A stretch of DNA of 61,405 nucleotides, filler included, from Rhabdomonas costata (taxonomy: Eukaryota), in assembly GCA_019059605.1 (NCBI GenBank). It is 19 parts of 19 records of this genome, joined end to end, with 100 filler letters (N's around TTAATTAATTAA, not from the genome) between each part and the next. Parts side by side here need not be neighbours in the genome. Positions count along the whole stretch, not along the records: positions 19,444 to 22,577 come from JAHMHO010001306.1; positions 22,678 to 25,820 come from JAHMHO010001307.1; positions 25,921 to 29,057 come from JAHMHO010001308.1; positions 29,158 to 32,293 come from JAHMHO010001309.1; positions 32,394 to 35,525 come from JAHMHO010001310.1; 14 more parts are not named here. One strand, given 5' to 3'. Every line of letters starts with the position of its first letter. Position 1 is the first letter of the stretch. Position numbers and translations under genes: made by a program. This document shows, piece by piece, positions 20,465 to 33,448 of this stretch. Below the pieces are notes generated by a model. It was not told the origin of the DNA. It made no database searches and was given only the letters and a program-made list of their open reading frames with translations.

Positions 20465-21493
20465 TCAGCTGATGGGACCGAGGTAATCATCTGCAAGGGG
20501 AGGACAGAAGTGAACTGGACGAGCGAGCGAGAGAGGGAGAGAGAGAGAGAGAGTTCGGTTTCGTTTTAAGTTTCCAATCCACGAGTTAACCTAGGAGGGG
20601 GGAGGCAGTGTCGGCCATGGGACTATTTTGAGACACACATTGACCATAGCGATAGTGAGTGAAAAACTTCACCGGAATTTTTTATCGCTGCCCACAACAA
20701 AGCGAAGGAGGAAGTGCAAGGAAGAGACGTGCGTCTGGAATCTACAATCCCAGAAACCGCAGAAAAACAGACAAAAAAAGCACCATATATTATATAATTA
20801 TAAAAATTCAGGAGAAAAATGAATCACAATGAACAACAAATGCTACTCAGTAACTGGTTTCCGCTGCTTTCCAGTTTTTTTTGGAATTCAAGCGAGAAAA
20901 TTACCTGGCCTGTTACTGAAAAGGGGAGGGGAGGGGGGGCTGCCCTTGATGGAGCCAATGGCGTGGATCTCCGAGGAGGAGGCCCGAGTGCCGATGATCC
21001 GGACCCGCACCTCGTCATCCTTGCGGAGGCTAACCTTGCCGTCGTCGGACACGAACTTCTGCGGGATGGAGTGCTCGTCAAACCGCATATCCTCGGGGAT
21101 CTGGTGCGTCGACACGAAGACCTGCATCGGCCCCAGCTCCGCGAAGAAGCCCATCTTGGACAGCCCCGTGACCACTGTGTCCACAACCTTTGCGTTTTGG
21201 CGATGCAGGGTGGGAGTGTAGCCACATATCGCGCAGGGGCCGTAACCCAACCGCCAGCCGCAAGCCTGCAGGGTAAATATGTTGGGTCGATGGGTCGTTA
21301 AATTGCTGGTGTGGTGGTGTGCGGTGGGAAAGGAGGGTAGCCTGACCTCGCCGCGGAAGGGCTTGAACACCACGGCCTTAAACTTTACCCGAAAGGACGC
21401 CGTGCCGTCGTCGTTCAGCGTGGCCATGTCCGTGTGGGTGATCTCGGTGACGGCCAGGATGTACCCGAACTGCCCACTACATGTCCCCACAAC
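20465..21493 (-). CDS. RPB7: RNA polymerase II subunit RPB7 (first exon or exons not located)
   Basis: Exons 21493-21347, 21187-20944 and 20490-20465 give VVGTCSGQFGYILAVT..VKFKAVVFKPFRGE/VVDTVVTGLSKMGFFAELGPMQVFVSTHQIP..VRVRIIGTR..IHAIGSIK/DDYLGPIS*. The last intron is GC-AG. Confidence 0.95.
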
Positions 21494-22846
21494 CTGCGCG
21501 TCCAGCGGGGCAAACAGAAGCCTTCCCTCCCAATAAACCATACTATGACTTAGGGACCTTTCCAAATGAAGCTTTTCACTGTAAGTTTGTTCTCTCGTGG
21601 ACCCCACTGTCGATACAAAATTTGCCCAAGTGGCATGGGGGAGGCCTGAACCTATCTCGCTATTGGTATTTTGCTGCCCCTTTGCTGACGCTTGCTCGTT
21701 TTGTTCATCGTGAACTGCTGTGTGAGATTTCTCCGTTTTGACGTGGTGTGGAACTCTATAAAAAATGAACTGTTTCAACCGAAACTATAATCAAATGTAA
21801 TCAAAATAGGACAAAGGAAAAATGGCTGAACAATGGTTCAAATTTTTTAAAAACGCAAATTAAACAAGGACAAGATGGAATTGTCATTGGAATCAAATAA
21901 AAAAAATTTCCTTAAAGACGTCCCCGGAATGTTGCCGAGGTGCGCCGGGGGGAGGGGAAGCGTGATTCCGACGAAGTTAGCGTTGCACAATCGTTGCGGC
22001 CGCCTCAGGCAGCGGTATATTTCCATTTCCTGGAATTGAATCCGCACGGATGTCTGCGGAAATCTGAACAAGAAATCACCAAAAAGAATATATGGATTCG
22101 AGAATAAATGGGAAAGATTTTCATCCAGATGGAATGGGCGCTCCACCCAATCTACCGTGCACACACAGTGAGGTGAAGTGAGAAGCAGCCGGTAACTAGG
22201 ACAAAAAACCGGAACTCAACTTTCCCCTACTAGCTTCTTACCAGATCGCTTATCGCTCTCCGTCTCGCAAAGCGCGTTGAAAAAACAGAAGGTCTCAAGC
22301 TAAAAGAAACCCGGGTAGAGAAAAGGAGGGTGAGGGGAAGAGCTTCCAGGATGCCTACCAGCACAGCAGTCCGTGGAGGGGCACGGGGTGCTCGTGCATG
22401 AGGTCCGGTAGGGCACCAACGAGAACCCAAGGCTGGTACACGTCGACGAGGCAAAGTTACAGCACAGTTGAGCTAAAAGAGAGAAAAAAACAGCCCAAAA
22501 CCCATTAAAATGACACGAGGAGAAACCGGGCAACCCAACCCTGAGCTGAAATTTCTATTAGCCCATCAACAAAAACANNNNNNNNNNNNNNNNNNNNNNN
22601 NNNNNNNNNNNNNNNNNNNNNTTAATTAATTAANNNNNNNNNNNNNNNNNNNNNNNNNNNNNNNNNNNNNNNNNNNNGTGGTGGGTGTGTTTGGGGGGTT
22701 TTGGCACATGTTATTCGATGTGCTGGCTTTTGGGACTGGCCAGTTCCTGGAATGGACAATAAGTGTGCTGCGGACAAGGGGAGGGCGAGGAAAACAGCGG
22801 GGCTGAGGGGAAAGGAAACTGAAAAACAAGGGAGCAGGTGATTCGC

Positions 22847-23176
22847 CTGTAAGGTGCAGGTGTTATTAGATTTCTTTTTGCGCATGTTCCGCGCGTTCAT
22901 GTCGCTGATTTGCTTCATGTGCAGGTCTATTGTTTCGTCCAAACCGCAAATGCTGCGTATGAGTGGGATGAGGAGAGCCACCAAAAAGGACACCTTCACC
23001 ATGCAAATGTGAACGACCATGACCACCATGGAGACCGCGACAGCCCCAGGAAGGCCCCGCAATGCCCTGTAGTCCTTAGCCGCGGTGCCGCTGTCGGTGT
23101 AGAGGCGGGCAAGTTTCTTCCCCACCAGCCGCTGCCCAGCCTGTCGCCAGGCCAGCAGGCGCGCCACGAAGAGCAT
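22847..23176 (-). CDS. Probable first exon of a small membrane protein with a mitochondrial-type presequence
   Basis: ATG 23176: basic amphipathic MLFVARLLAWRQAGQRLVGKKLARLYT, then hydrophobic AVAVSMVVMVVHICMVKVSFLVALLIPLI. The 3' end is uncertain (possible CAG|gcgaat donor). Confidence 0.45.
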
Positions 23177-23930
23177 CAAAAAAATGCCCGGCAGGAGACA
23201 GGAGAAACCAGAAGAGAAGGAATCCGGACTGCGTGTGAGAAAGTCACTACCACAGGGGAGAACCACTGCGAGAGGAAAAGCAATAGAAAGGGCACAAGCC
23301 AGTCTCAAAGGGAGGCACACAGTTTCATCTAGTTTGGCTCTGGAGGAAGCGTGGTCGGAAAACGGTCGAACCTCGATCACGCTCAAAAAAAAACGAGGAG
23401 GTACCAACTTTCTGCTTTCCGTTTTCGCTGCTTCTGTTGAACAACAACAAACTATTACCACAAGAAAGGTTGGAGGAAGAGGGGTATTTGACTGAACGGG
23501 AGAACAGTGACGGCACCAAATAACCTGTGTTTCTCCTCCAGCCGAAGAAAATTTCGCATTTTTACAGCAAATCCGGGACTGGATGAACTCGCAACAGACC
23601 ATACGTTTAATCAAGATTTACTGAAGCATACGCGATAAGATCTTTCACAGCCGAAGCTTGCCCAGTAAATCGGAGATGCAAAGACAAACATAACACCACA
23701 ACCTGGCATTAGGAAATACTGTACATTGAAGAGAAATCTTCAAAAAATAGTCGCCGAAAAACAGGCAGTACAAAAGTAATAGAATAACACTTGAAGGGCT
23801 GAAAAACCCAACGTCACTCTTGCCAAAAGAAATCCTCCTGCTCATCACCAGCGCATTACGATTCTACTCACAACGCAAAATTCGAGGGACAGAGATAACC
23901 AAAAATGAAGCCTCAGAAAGTAAAACAGAG

Positions 23931-24120
23931 GAGAGAGAGAGAGAGAGAGATTGAAACAGAGCTGAAGAAGGAGTGGTATGTCTGGGTGGGTTGAAAAGAG
24001 CATTTTGAAATCCCGCTGGTGGCAGAAAAGACCTTCACCAAAATCATGCCTTGTGCACCAAGTGTGGTGTGGTGTGGTGTGGTGTGGTGTGGTGTGTGTG
24101 TGTGTGTGTGGCGCGCGCGC
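23931..24120. repeat. Microsatellite cluster: (GA)n, (GTGTG)n, (GT)n, (GC)n
   Basis: (GA)10 at 23931-23950. (GTGTG)n running into (GT)n and (GC)5 at 24062-24120. Confidence 0.95.
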
Positions 24121-25992
24121 GTGAGTGTGTGTTTGCGTGCGTACGTGCGGCCCCCACACCCCCATACCGGAGGAAAGAGCGAGTTCAGTCCCATCCAGCG
24201 CGCAGACAGCGAATTTGTAAAATTTAGAACAGCTTGAAGAAGAGGAGACATTGAATCTCTGTGATCTTTGGTGGCGAAGAGTGGATAAGACTGAACTGCG
24301 ACCGGAATTCGAACGGTGCGTCCGGAATGAGAGAGTTTGGGGTATACCGGGTGGTCACGCTGGCAAAGCGGTTTGGAATGGGCCCGCTTGAGATGAGGGC
24401 CGGGCCTGTGGTATCACTATTTCCCGGCGACGAGCCGGACTCTTTTCCGGACCCGTACCCCCCCCCCCAATCTCTCTTCATGGTGAACGACAGCCTGCTA
24501 GCGAGTTTGCGGACTGGATGATGGGTTTTTTTTTGCTTGTTTGCTTGCTTGTGTGTTCTCCCCACCCCCACCCCGCCAAACATGCTGCACTGATCTCTTG
24601 CCCGAGGGCCCAATGGCCATCTAGCAGCCATTTCACAAATAAAATTCGTCAAGATTAACGCCACACCTTAGCATATTCTTCCGAGGTATCGTTTCCACGA
24701 TAATGCCGAACTTGAACTGCGCTGATCCAACGAAACTCATACGTTTGTGTCCCGCGGATAGGAATTATATGGTTTCGGCAAGTTCACCTTCTCTGCCAAG
24801 CGAGGAGTTCTCTTTCGGTTTTTCCTGGATAGTTAGACTCATTTGCTTTCCTTCCTGGCTTTTTTCTTTCGGGGTGTTGTGGTCAAACTGTGCCGATCCA
24901 TAATCACCCTTTGAATAAGAAATCTGGGAGGTGATCCCAGTGCCAGCACCGTCTCCCTGCTCTCCGGCGTCATGAAGGGCCCAAGACACTCCACAGTGGA
25001 CGCAACCAAGTCCTCGGTCGATACTCTGAAAGCAACTCGAAAGTTACTATAAAAAAACCGGAGCCAGCTCAGTCAACCTGGCCTCGCCTTCCGCTCCACG
25101 GTAGCTGATAATATTGCGCAGACCGGTCATTACCAACGTCTGTGACTTGGCCCAAGCGTCCAGCTCACTACTGGTGCAAAGACGGAGCAAAGACGCGAAC
25201 AAAAGGGAAGCCTCAACATAAATACGTCCATCTCTCTTAGAACACCGTTTCCATTTTCACCATGCATGAAACGGCAAACATACCGTGGAAAATAAAGTCT
25301 GCAGAAGAAAACTTGGATAACAATTAAAAAATGCATACCATGAGCACCACGTCCTCTAAACCAGCTGAATTTGAGCACGCTCAAGAGAATATGAGGAAAA
25401 CTCCTGCGGGCACGTTTGAGTGGAAACTCGAGAGTAACCGTAACCACCACTCTAAAAAATAGTTTGGCGCCGACTTTTACCTTCAATGACGACTACAGTT
25501 TTTTGGCACACTGCGCCAGAGCAAGAATTGGTCGGATGGATTTCAGTGCTGCTCCACTGATCCAACACCAAATACCTACGTGACCCGGCTGGTCTTTCTG
25601 GGAAATCCGATCGGGTCCTCGTCCCAGCTTGCTCTGCACTGCAGCTGAACAGTCTCCCAGTTGCGGCAGGATGTACGGCCGCCACTTCCTTCAAGGGCAG
25701 TTCAAAGGTGCGCGGTGGAACTTAAGGGTATGAGCAAAACAATGGCCGATGGTGCTCGGCGGCGGCTGTTAAACCCCTGAAAGGTGAAACTGCACTTGTT
25801 CACCTACAAGTGAAACACCCNNNNNNNNNNNNNNNNNNNNNNNNNNNNNNNNNNNNNNNNNNNNTTAATTAATTAANNNNNNNNNNNNNNNNNNNNNNNN
25901 NNNNNNNNNNNNNNNNNNNNTGTGGTGTGTGTACGGAATATGACTGGGCTCTCCTGTATCCATCCCGCCTCCTCTTGGTGACCTGAACTCAG

Positions 25993-27796
25993 GCGGGCGA
26001 TCGAAATCAACCCCTCCTATGACGTAGCCTACGACAACCGCGGAGTGGCGTACTGCAGCAAGGGAGACTATGGTGTGCCCCACTGGCGTCTGCCTTTCCC
26101 TTCCTTCCGTGCTTTTCTGTATGTTTCAAATCTCCTATGTTATTATCTTTTTTTGTTGAGCCGCAGCCCTTCAAATTGTGGTGTCGGTGTCGTGTTCCAC
26201 GCATTATGGCGCCATTTTTCGTGCGTGGTTCTGACAGGTGTGCTTTGCTTTCAGGGGCCTGTGTCCGGGACTGCACCAAAGCATTGCAGCTGAACCCCAA
26301 TTACGACAATGCATACCACAATCGCGCGGTTTCTTCGGCGTCCCTCCCACCCCCTTGCTTGTGCTCGTCTCCTGCTCTGCTCATTGCCTCGGTTGGCACA
26401 CGTGCCGGCTTTCGTGTTTTTTGATAGTCTGTGCAACCATATGGTATTCGGTATGCCCCTGTGAGAGTCATCCAGTCCCCCTCCCTTGCGGCCCACTCGG
26501 CGCCCAGCGTTTTCAGGGCCACAGCGAGACGTGGTTGTTTGATTGTTTTGGGGATGGGTGTGTTTATGTAGCATCACTTTTGTTAAATTAAATTAAGAAA
26601 TACTGAAACCTCTCGTTTAATTAAAATGCTTTCTTTTTCTAGTGGCTGCTCTTTTGTCTCACTTCGGCGCGCACGCAAAACAAGAACAAAGTGGGCAAAA
26701 GGGTATGTCCTCGGCGAAACAATAACAAACAATAACTGAAGAATAGGTCACACTTACCACCTGAGGTATGAGTGCTCAGTGGGACGCAGTATTGATAAAG
26801 CGATTTTTGGTAAGCTGGCGGGGTGCCACTATGGCACAATATGTGGAACAGGTGGCGTACAACAACATTGGCGAGTATGACCGCTGCATCGCGGACTGTG
26901 ACATGGCGATCACGCTCAACCCCAGCTTTGACAAGGCGTACTTCAACCGGGGCTTCGCCCGCAACTGCAAGGGGGAGTATGACCTGGCCATCGCGGACTT
27001 CTCGACTTCGATACAGCTGAATCCCACCCATGCCATGGTGTTCTTCAGCCGAGGTGTAGCATTCGAATTCGGTTGAAAAGGAGCATGTTTTGCATATTTT
27101 TTTTTGACCACGTGCTCCTTTGTTTCACAACTAGTGTAGATTTGTGTCCTTGAGTAAGTCGGGTTGGGATGGCGATTGGCAACGCTGGTGGTGATGTTGT
27201 GTCTCCGAGCATTATGAAAAAGTACTCTACACCTTAAACTCAGAACTGCACCACTACACATGTGTGGGTTTAAACCCGACCTTTGCGACAGAATCTCAAT
27301 TCGCCCACAATTTTCTTCAAAAATCGACATGCAACGTAATCACCCGAAAGAACTCTCTTCTCTTCGGATCACTTTATAACTGCATTTTTTAGGTCTAGCA
27401 CAAGGAAACCTTCACGGTTCACGGCAAGAAATGTTCCCAGTCAACGGGATTGAGTTTCCGGATGTAACTTCATCGCGATATCATATATCATGTGCGAAGC
27501 TGAAGAAATTTCGGTTGGCTTGTGAAAATATTGTCCGTGCGAATGATAACAAAACATGTGCCTCCTGTTCATTGCTTTGCCTCCGTGAATCAGTCCAGCG
27601 TTCATCTGTCTTAATTTTACCTCCTTAAATGGTAATAGCTTCCACCACCCTCTGCTGCTTCACAGGCTTTGCGTATGAAATGAAGGGCGACCTTGACAGC
27701 GCCGCCGCGGACTACATCCGCACCCTTGAAATGGACCCTGGCTTTGAGCAGGCCAGGCAGCAGCTTGAGGCTATCAGGCGAACGCGGCCTTCGTAG
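25993..27796 (+). CDS. Tetratricopeptide-repeat protein, last four exons (5' partial)
   Basis: GT-AG exons 25993-26072, 26255-26328, 26852-27053 and 27666-27796 join in frame: RAIEINPSYDVAYDNRGVAY../DCTKALQLNPNYDNAYHNRA/VAYNNIGEYDRCIADCDMAITLNPSFDKAYFNRG../FAYEMKGDLDSAAADYIRTLEMDP..*. Confidence 0.93.
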
Positions 27797-29548
27797 CCGC
27801 GGAAAAAGAGAACAGAAGGGAGGAATGTTCAGACAGGAATGTGTGGCATGAGATGTAGTTGCGCGTATTGCTCTCTGACTTGTATGTATGGATTTATCGG
27901 TGTGCTGTACTGTAAATAACTGACCAAGGAAGACTAGGGTGGTGAATGTGCAGTGAGGATCCGGCTTTCCTGCGGGATAAAAGGAAAGTGCATATGCTCG
28001 TAATATAATGATCAGGGCATGTGCAAACCTACGACGCTGGGACGTTGACGGTATCTCACATCAGTTGATGATAATCATTGCCTCAGTGCGAGCTGAATGG
28101 TGGGACACCCCACTCCCGGCTTGTGAACCTTTGTGTGTTCGTGCCCCCCCGCCCTGACCCGTATGCCTTGTGGATGCTGTGCTGTCGTGAGGGTTTCCTC
28201 ACATCCTTCCTTTTTACCGCAGCCCTTTTCTTAACCCTCTCTTGAAGTGTCTGTTTGTTTTGCCTCCGATGACTTAGCCGCGGATTCTCTCTGTTATTTG
28301 CCCGGAATCACCTCCCTTGTCTGTCATTTTGTGCGCATTGCATGGGCGCGGAGTGGGTCTTTCCCGGTATCTTCTGCTCTCATATCGTTTAAAGTTTTTG
28401 GCGTAGTGTCTTGTCTTTCCCTAGTACTTGCCTTGCTTTTGCTAAAACAAAATCGCCCGCTACTTGAATCCAAACGAAGACCAAATCCGCAACTGTAGTA
28501 GTAGGACTAGTAGCAGTGGCAGTGGTAGTGGTGGACATCGTGGTACTGGGCATTGGGTTTCTGGAGCTTTATTTCTTGCGGGGGGGGTTTACGCGGTCTG
28601 CGGTCTGAGGGTGGTGAGGAGTGCCCAAAAAGATTCTTTCCTTTGCTCCAGTGGAAGATGGTCTTGTTGCAGGATGTTCAATTTATTGGCCAACGAGAGT
28701 GAAGGCCACCATGCCGAGCATCTCTCCTTTATATTGTCCTGTCTTGATACCCATGATTTGCTGGTGAAAGACGCGCAGGTCTAAGGGACCTGGAGCTGTC
28801 CCCCATCTCCATCCTGCAGATTATCTATTCCCACTTCTTCAACGGGTACCTCAATCCGAGGCTCTCCGGCGGGTGACTGGGTAATTTAAGATTCTTGATA
28901 AGGAGTAGGTTTCACGAGTTGCCTGCAGCAGCATGCGGTCAAGCTCTGCTCCAGCGCCGCTTCTTCTTTTGCATCCTTCCCGCCCTTCTGCTGCTTCCGC
29001 GATGGCCACCGAGGCTGTCTCCGCACGCACGGAATCCCTCTCCGCCCACCCCCAACCNNNNNNNNNNNNNNNNNNNNNNNNNNNNNNNNNNNNNNNNNNN
29101 NTTAATTAATTAANNNNNNNNNNNNNNNNNNNNNNNNNNNNNNNNNNNNNNNNNNNNTGTTGGTGGTGAGCTTCACTATCTGGCGGTAAATTGCAAGACC
29201 CTAATGGGGTTCTGTCAACGGCAGTCAGCAGAAGTCTCAAGAAACACACACACATACACGCTCATAATGCTATCCAAGGTTTCCACGCACCCCTTCTTTC
29301 AATTCACCGCCAGATAGTGAAGCTCACCAGCTGTTTCAGACGCGTCCCTATTCTTCAAGTCGAAAGCACTGCAGTCCTAGCAGTAACAGCAGTCAAGGTC
29401 AGCTGTTCAACAAAGGCTTTCCGCCATTTTCATTTCCAATGAGGCGAAAGTTTCCGGAAAAAAATGGAAACGGCAATTTTTGCATTAAAAGGGCGGTTTG
29501 CTTGCATTCCTTAAGCAAACTAAGTTGGGTCTTCCCCTGCCAAATTAC

Positions 29549-30637
29549 CTTCGCTGGTGAGCAGGAGCACGAAGCCCACACCCACAGACGCCCCGCAAAA
29601 CCGGTCGCTCTTGTTGGGCTTTAGCAGGGCACGCGGAGGAGTGGGCACCACCGCGGCCTCTGCAAAATCGTAACGCACCCCCCACTGCCAGGCCTCCCCT
29701 GTCCCCGCGGTGAGCGCGCAGAAAGTGTCCAGCCCGCTGTGCAGGGAGCCCACCCCGCTGGGAAGACCCGCCAGCCTAGCTGCGCGCACAGCAGAAAAAT
29801 GGGCAACCACAAACCAAAAGAATGGAAACTCCACAAATCGAAGACAGTTTCCTGAAGCTCATGGAAAACAGTGCATGCTCGTGAAGCGAACTCTGGGGAC
29901 ACATTCACGAGTGTGTGTGTGTGTGTGGGGGGGGGTGCGGTCGTGAAACAGCGTAGTCTGAGGGAGGGATGCTTTACGCCGTCACGTGCGTTTCCACATC
30001 TTCCGTCACAGCATTGCGGTAGCAGGAGAGCAGGAGGCAAAGCACTTGAAGACACAGGCACACGGGAAGCAGGAAACGATAGAAAAAAGGTGCGAACCCA
30101 CGTATCGCGCTATTCCCACTTTGGTGAAATTCAGAACTCCATACTACTTGCATATGACTCCGGATTCGATTGGGGCAGACTTCCAAAAAACAAACTGAAC
30201 ATGTTGATGCATAAATCAAATATTACTAGCATTAAGAAGGGGTGCAGATTAATGAGTCAGTCTCAGACTCTGAACCGCGAAGCTCCTTCTCCCGTACAAA
30301 GAGTGAGCCCAGGGAGGCAACAGTTAGCAAAGAGGCGGAGGGCACAATTGAAGTTTGTGTTGCCATAAAAGATCGCCTGGTTCGTGGCCAGATTTAATGC
30401 CACGGACATTATCCCCTCCGATCCCACGCTCCATTTTACCACACGCATACTGTGAACAAGTCGCTCACCCTGGCGCCCAACGGAGCTGACAGTGCCATCG
30501 GGTTCTAGAACGAAGACCATGGCCTGCCCGGGAGCGACCTCCACGAGGCTATCCGGGAGGTTCATCCTGGAGGACACCTCCAGAGCTCTGGAGTCAGCTC
30601 CCCGGAAGGGGTCATACCCCACCCCCACCCACGGCAT
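29549..30637 (-). CDS. RCC1/BLIP-II-like beta-propeller protein, 5' exons (3' partial)
   Basis: Exons 30637-30469 (ATG...G|gtgagc) and 29779-29549 (G|gtaatt) are phase-compatible. Blade-like segments: VEVAPGQAMVFVLEPDGTVSSVG, SLHSGLDTFCALTAGTGEAWQWG, GASVGVGFVLLLTSE. Confidence 0.65.
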
Positions 30638-33191
30638 AAAACAAAGCGGAAACAAGGACAGAGAACACACCAGATCTGCAAGATGGCAAGAAAGACGCAC
30701 CCTCCCCCCACCTTCCCACCAAAAAGCGCGCCGCGGAAGCCGTTGAGCCTCGGGTTCTGTGCGTCCCAATAGCTTCGACTGAACCAAATGAAAAATCTAA
30801 AAGCAGCATAGGGTAGGAGAAACAAGATTCAAAGACACTGACAAAATTAGCTCAACCACCGAGCGGTACACTTCAATCGCCAACGCAAAAAAAGAAATCG
30901 CATGACCCTAAAACATAAATCACAAACGCCTGGGATTCGCTGTCAATCCTTTCCCAATGGATCAGCAGGGTAAAGCGCAGAAAGAGTTGAGAGGGCGGGC
31001 TGCATATAACCTCCTTCCATTGAAGCATCAGAGTGACACTTGCCATTGCGTGGAATTTCGCATCTCAACGCCCCCGCGAGCATGCAGTTCGAAAATTCCC
31101 AGACAATTTCAGGTAAAAAGGGCCCCGACATTAATAGTTCATCATTTCTCAGTACAGACGGACACACCAAAAAGCTACGATGCATTTTCATGTGCACAAA
31201 GGTACCGCTCTCTCCACAGATGCCATGGAAATCCAGAGCAAGCACAAGCACATGCGCAGACACAGGACAGGTTACAAGTTCGAATGACAATTACACACTT
31301 CGGTTCAAGACGCTCAAACTCAAAAAAGATGGTACGCACGAGCGAGCGTGTGAGCTCATCTTCCAAAATAGCGTAGCGCGTCGAGCACTACATCGGCCCG
31401 AAAATAACCCCCACTCCCACTCCTCACACACCTTCCATTACTTCATCGACCTTGCAAACGTACATAAGCTTTCCATCACACAAATACACAAACTGAGAAA
31501 TCGGAACCCATCATGGATGAAGCCAAAGAAGAGAGCTCGTCACCAGAGCACATTGTCGTCCACACCACAAACTTCTCCGCTCTGCTGCCGCTAAAGGTCA
31601 AGCGCAGAGCCGCAGGACCGACTAGGGTCACTAGCTTCTTGCACGCACACAAGATGGAGCGTGTGTGAGTGAGACGCGACATTCAGGAAATCTGAGGAAG
31701 GAAATCTGATTCCTATGAATCCCCGACGGATAGACGCCTCATCGGCTTCACTGCCGAAACAGAAACAGCGCGATGGCCTTGCAGTGGTGTGTATCTATTT
31801 TGCAGTGAAAATAATGCATCGTGCACCCAGGGATACAAAGGTCACCTGCTGACCAGGGACGCACAAGGACGGGCTCAATACGGGGGTGGGGTTACCCAGA
31901 GGATGTGAGAACACACTTCTGCGTCAAGTACAACAGCACAGGAAACACAGGTTTCAATTACTACTACAAGCGATCAAGCATGTCCAGGGGGTTTGTGAAG
32001 GCTGAAGGAAGACCGAAGCGGCGACGGCCAGGCCTGGAAATGTTCCGGGGCGGACGTGCTTGCCTGCAAAGGGCCTCCAGGGGAAGGCAGGCGAGCAGAG
32101 CCCCGCTGGATGAAAAAGCAGAAGCCTCGACTCACATAGAGGTCACATTGAATAGAACTTTGCATCGATCCGAAGACGCAGTCTTGATGTACACAAAAGT
32201 TGTGTCTTGCCGATCCCCAAAGACGGGTCGCGTATTGCCCGAACTCCTAATAAAGCTGAGCCGATGAAACAGAAAACCGAAGCCGTCCGCAATNNNNNNN
32301 NNNNNNNNNNNNNNNNNNNNNNNNNNNNNNNNNNNNNTTAATTAATTAANNNNNNNNNNNNNNNNNNNNNNNNNNNNNNNNNNNNNNNNNNNNGTTGGGA
32401 GAATTCCGACCTGGAGGCTGTTCGTCAAGGAGCCCTGGCAGTCCCCAAACAGCACCTCAATGCCTTCCAAGTCCAGAGCCTTTTCGCAAAAATCGCGACA
32501 CATATATGTGAGTGCAAGAGGGTAAGCCAGTGCATTGTTTTTTTTACATCCCGAGCACTGCGCCTGAATCTGTTGCTGCTGCTGCTGCTGGAAAGCCCAT
32601 TTCGGTACCAGCAGTAGGAGAGGGACAGACGCCCTCCTCGGGCATCTCACACTGCACAACAGGGACATTTTTCACAAGTCTCCACCGCAGTGCGTGAGCG
32701 AGCGCGAACTGTGGGTAAGCATCTTTTTTGATTTTGAATTCCGGATTTTCCGAATGGTTGAGTGTGTCGCCACCACGAGCTCGTTCGAGGTCTTCGCCTC
32801 CATAAACATTTTTCTCACAAACAAAGGGCATCACACCGAGACACGGCTGGCGATCTCCCCGGCCACAAGGGACTCGGCAAGGCGCTTGGCGTGCAGTACC
32901 CGCAGTGGCAGCACCTGCGCCGCCACACTGGCGCGGTGGAACCATATTACCCCCAGGTCAGAGATCACAACCAGCACAACGGCAAGCCTGTGTGGTGGAG
33001 GTGCTTCGAAACTAAAGAAAAACCACCCATCACCCAGGGAATGGGTACACACATGAAGTGCACCTCAAAACGCCCGAAAACAATTGAAGGAGAGCTGGTC
33101 GCACCAAACTTTTTTTTTGCCCCATTGTAAAATAAAATAGCAAGTGTCCATCTTCAACGACCTGCTCAGGCACTGAACACCAAAAACAAAA

Positions 33192-33448
33192 CTATGGATA
33201 TTGTTCTAAGGTGGAGGAGCCAAGCCAGATGTTCACTGTTCTATAGAAGACGGGGGAAATACAAAAAAGCAGCAAGCATAGCCGGAGGGGCACGTTTGAC
33301 ATCCACCGACAGAAAAACGCAATGGGACAAGTAGGAGATGCGTGTACATACGCAGCTAATCCAAAGCCCAGGAAGTCTCGAGCTGCAAAGACGAAGGAAG
33401 TGACGCACAGCACCACCGCAGGAAGCAGAAGGAGCCCCATGCCGAGCT
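33192..33448 (-). CDS. Possible 3' exons of a membrane protein
   Basis: Candidate exons 33448-33352 (ELGMGLLLLPAVVLCVTSFVFAARDFLGFGLA) and 33240-33192 (to TAG) have GT-AG borders in compatible phase. No family recognised. Confidence 0.3.

Noticed and set aside
20888-21778. 296-aa single ORF read as an extended RPB7
   Set aside because: It reads through a stop-free in-frame intron and flanking intron sequence. The spliced model restores the canonical RPB7 sequence.
21900-21980. ITLPLPPAHLGNI as the missing RPB7 first exon
   Set aside because: No convincing start, splice donor or continuous similarity to the RPB7 N-terminus.
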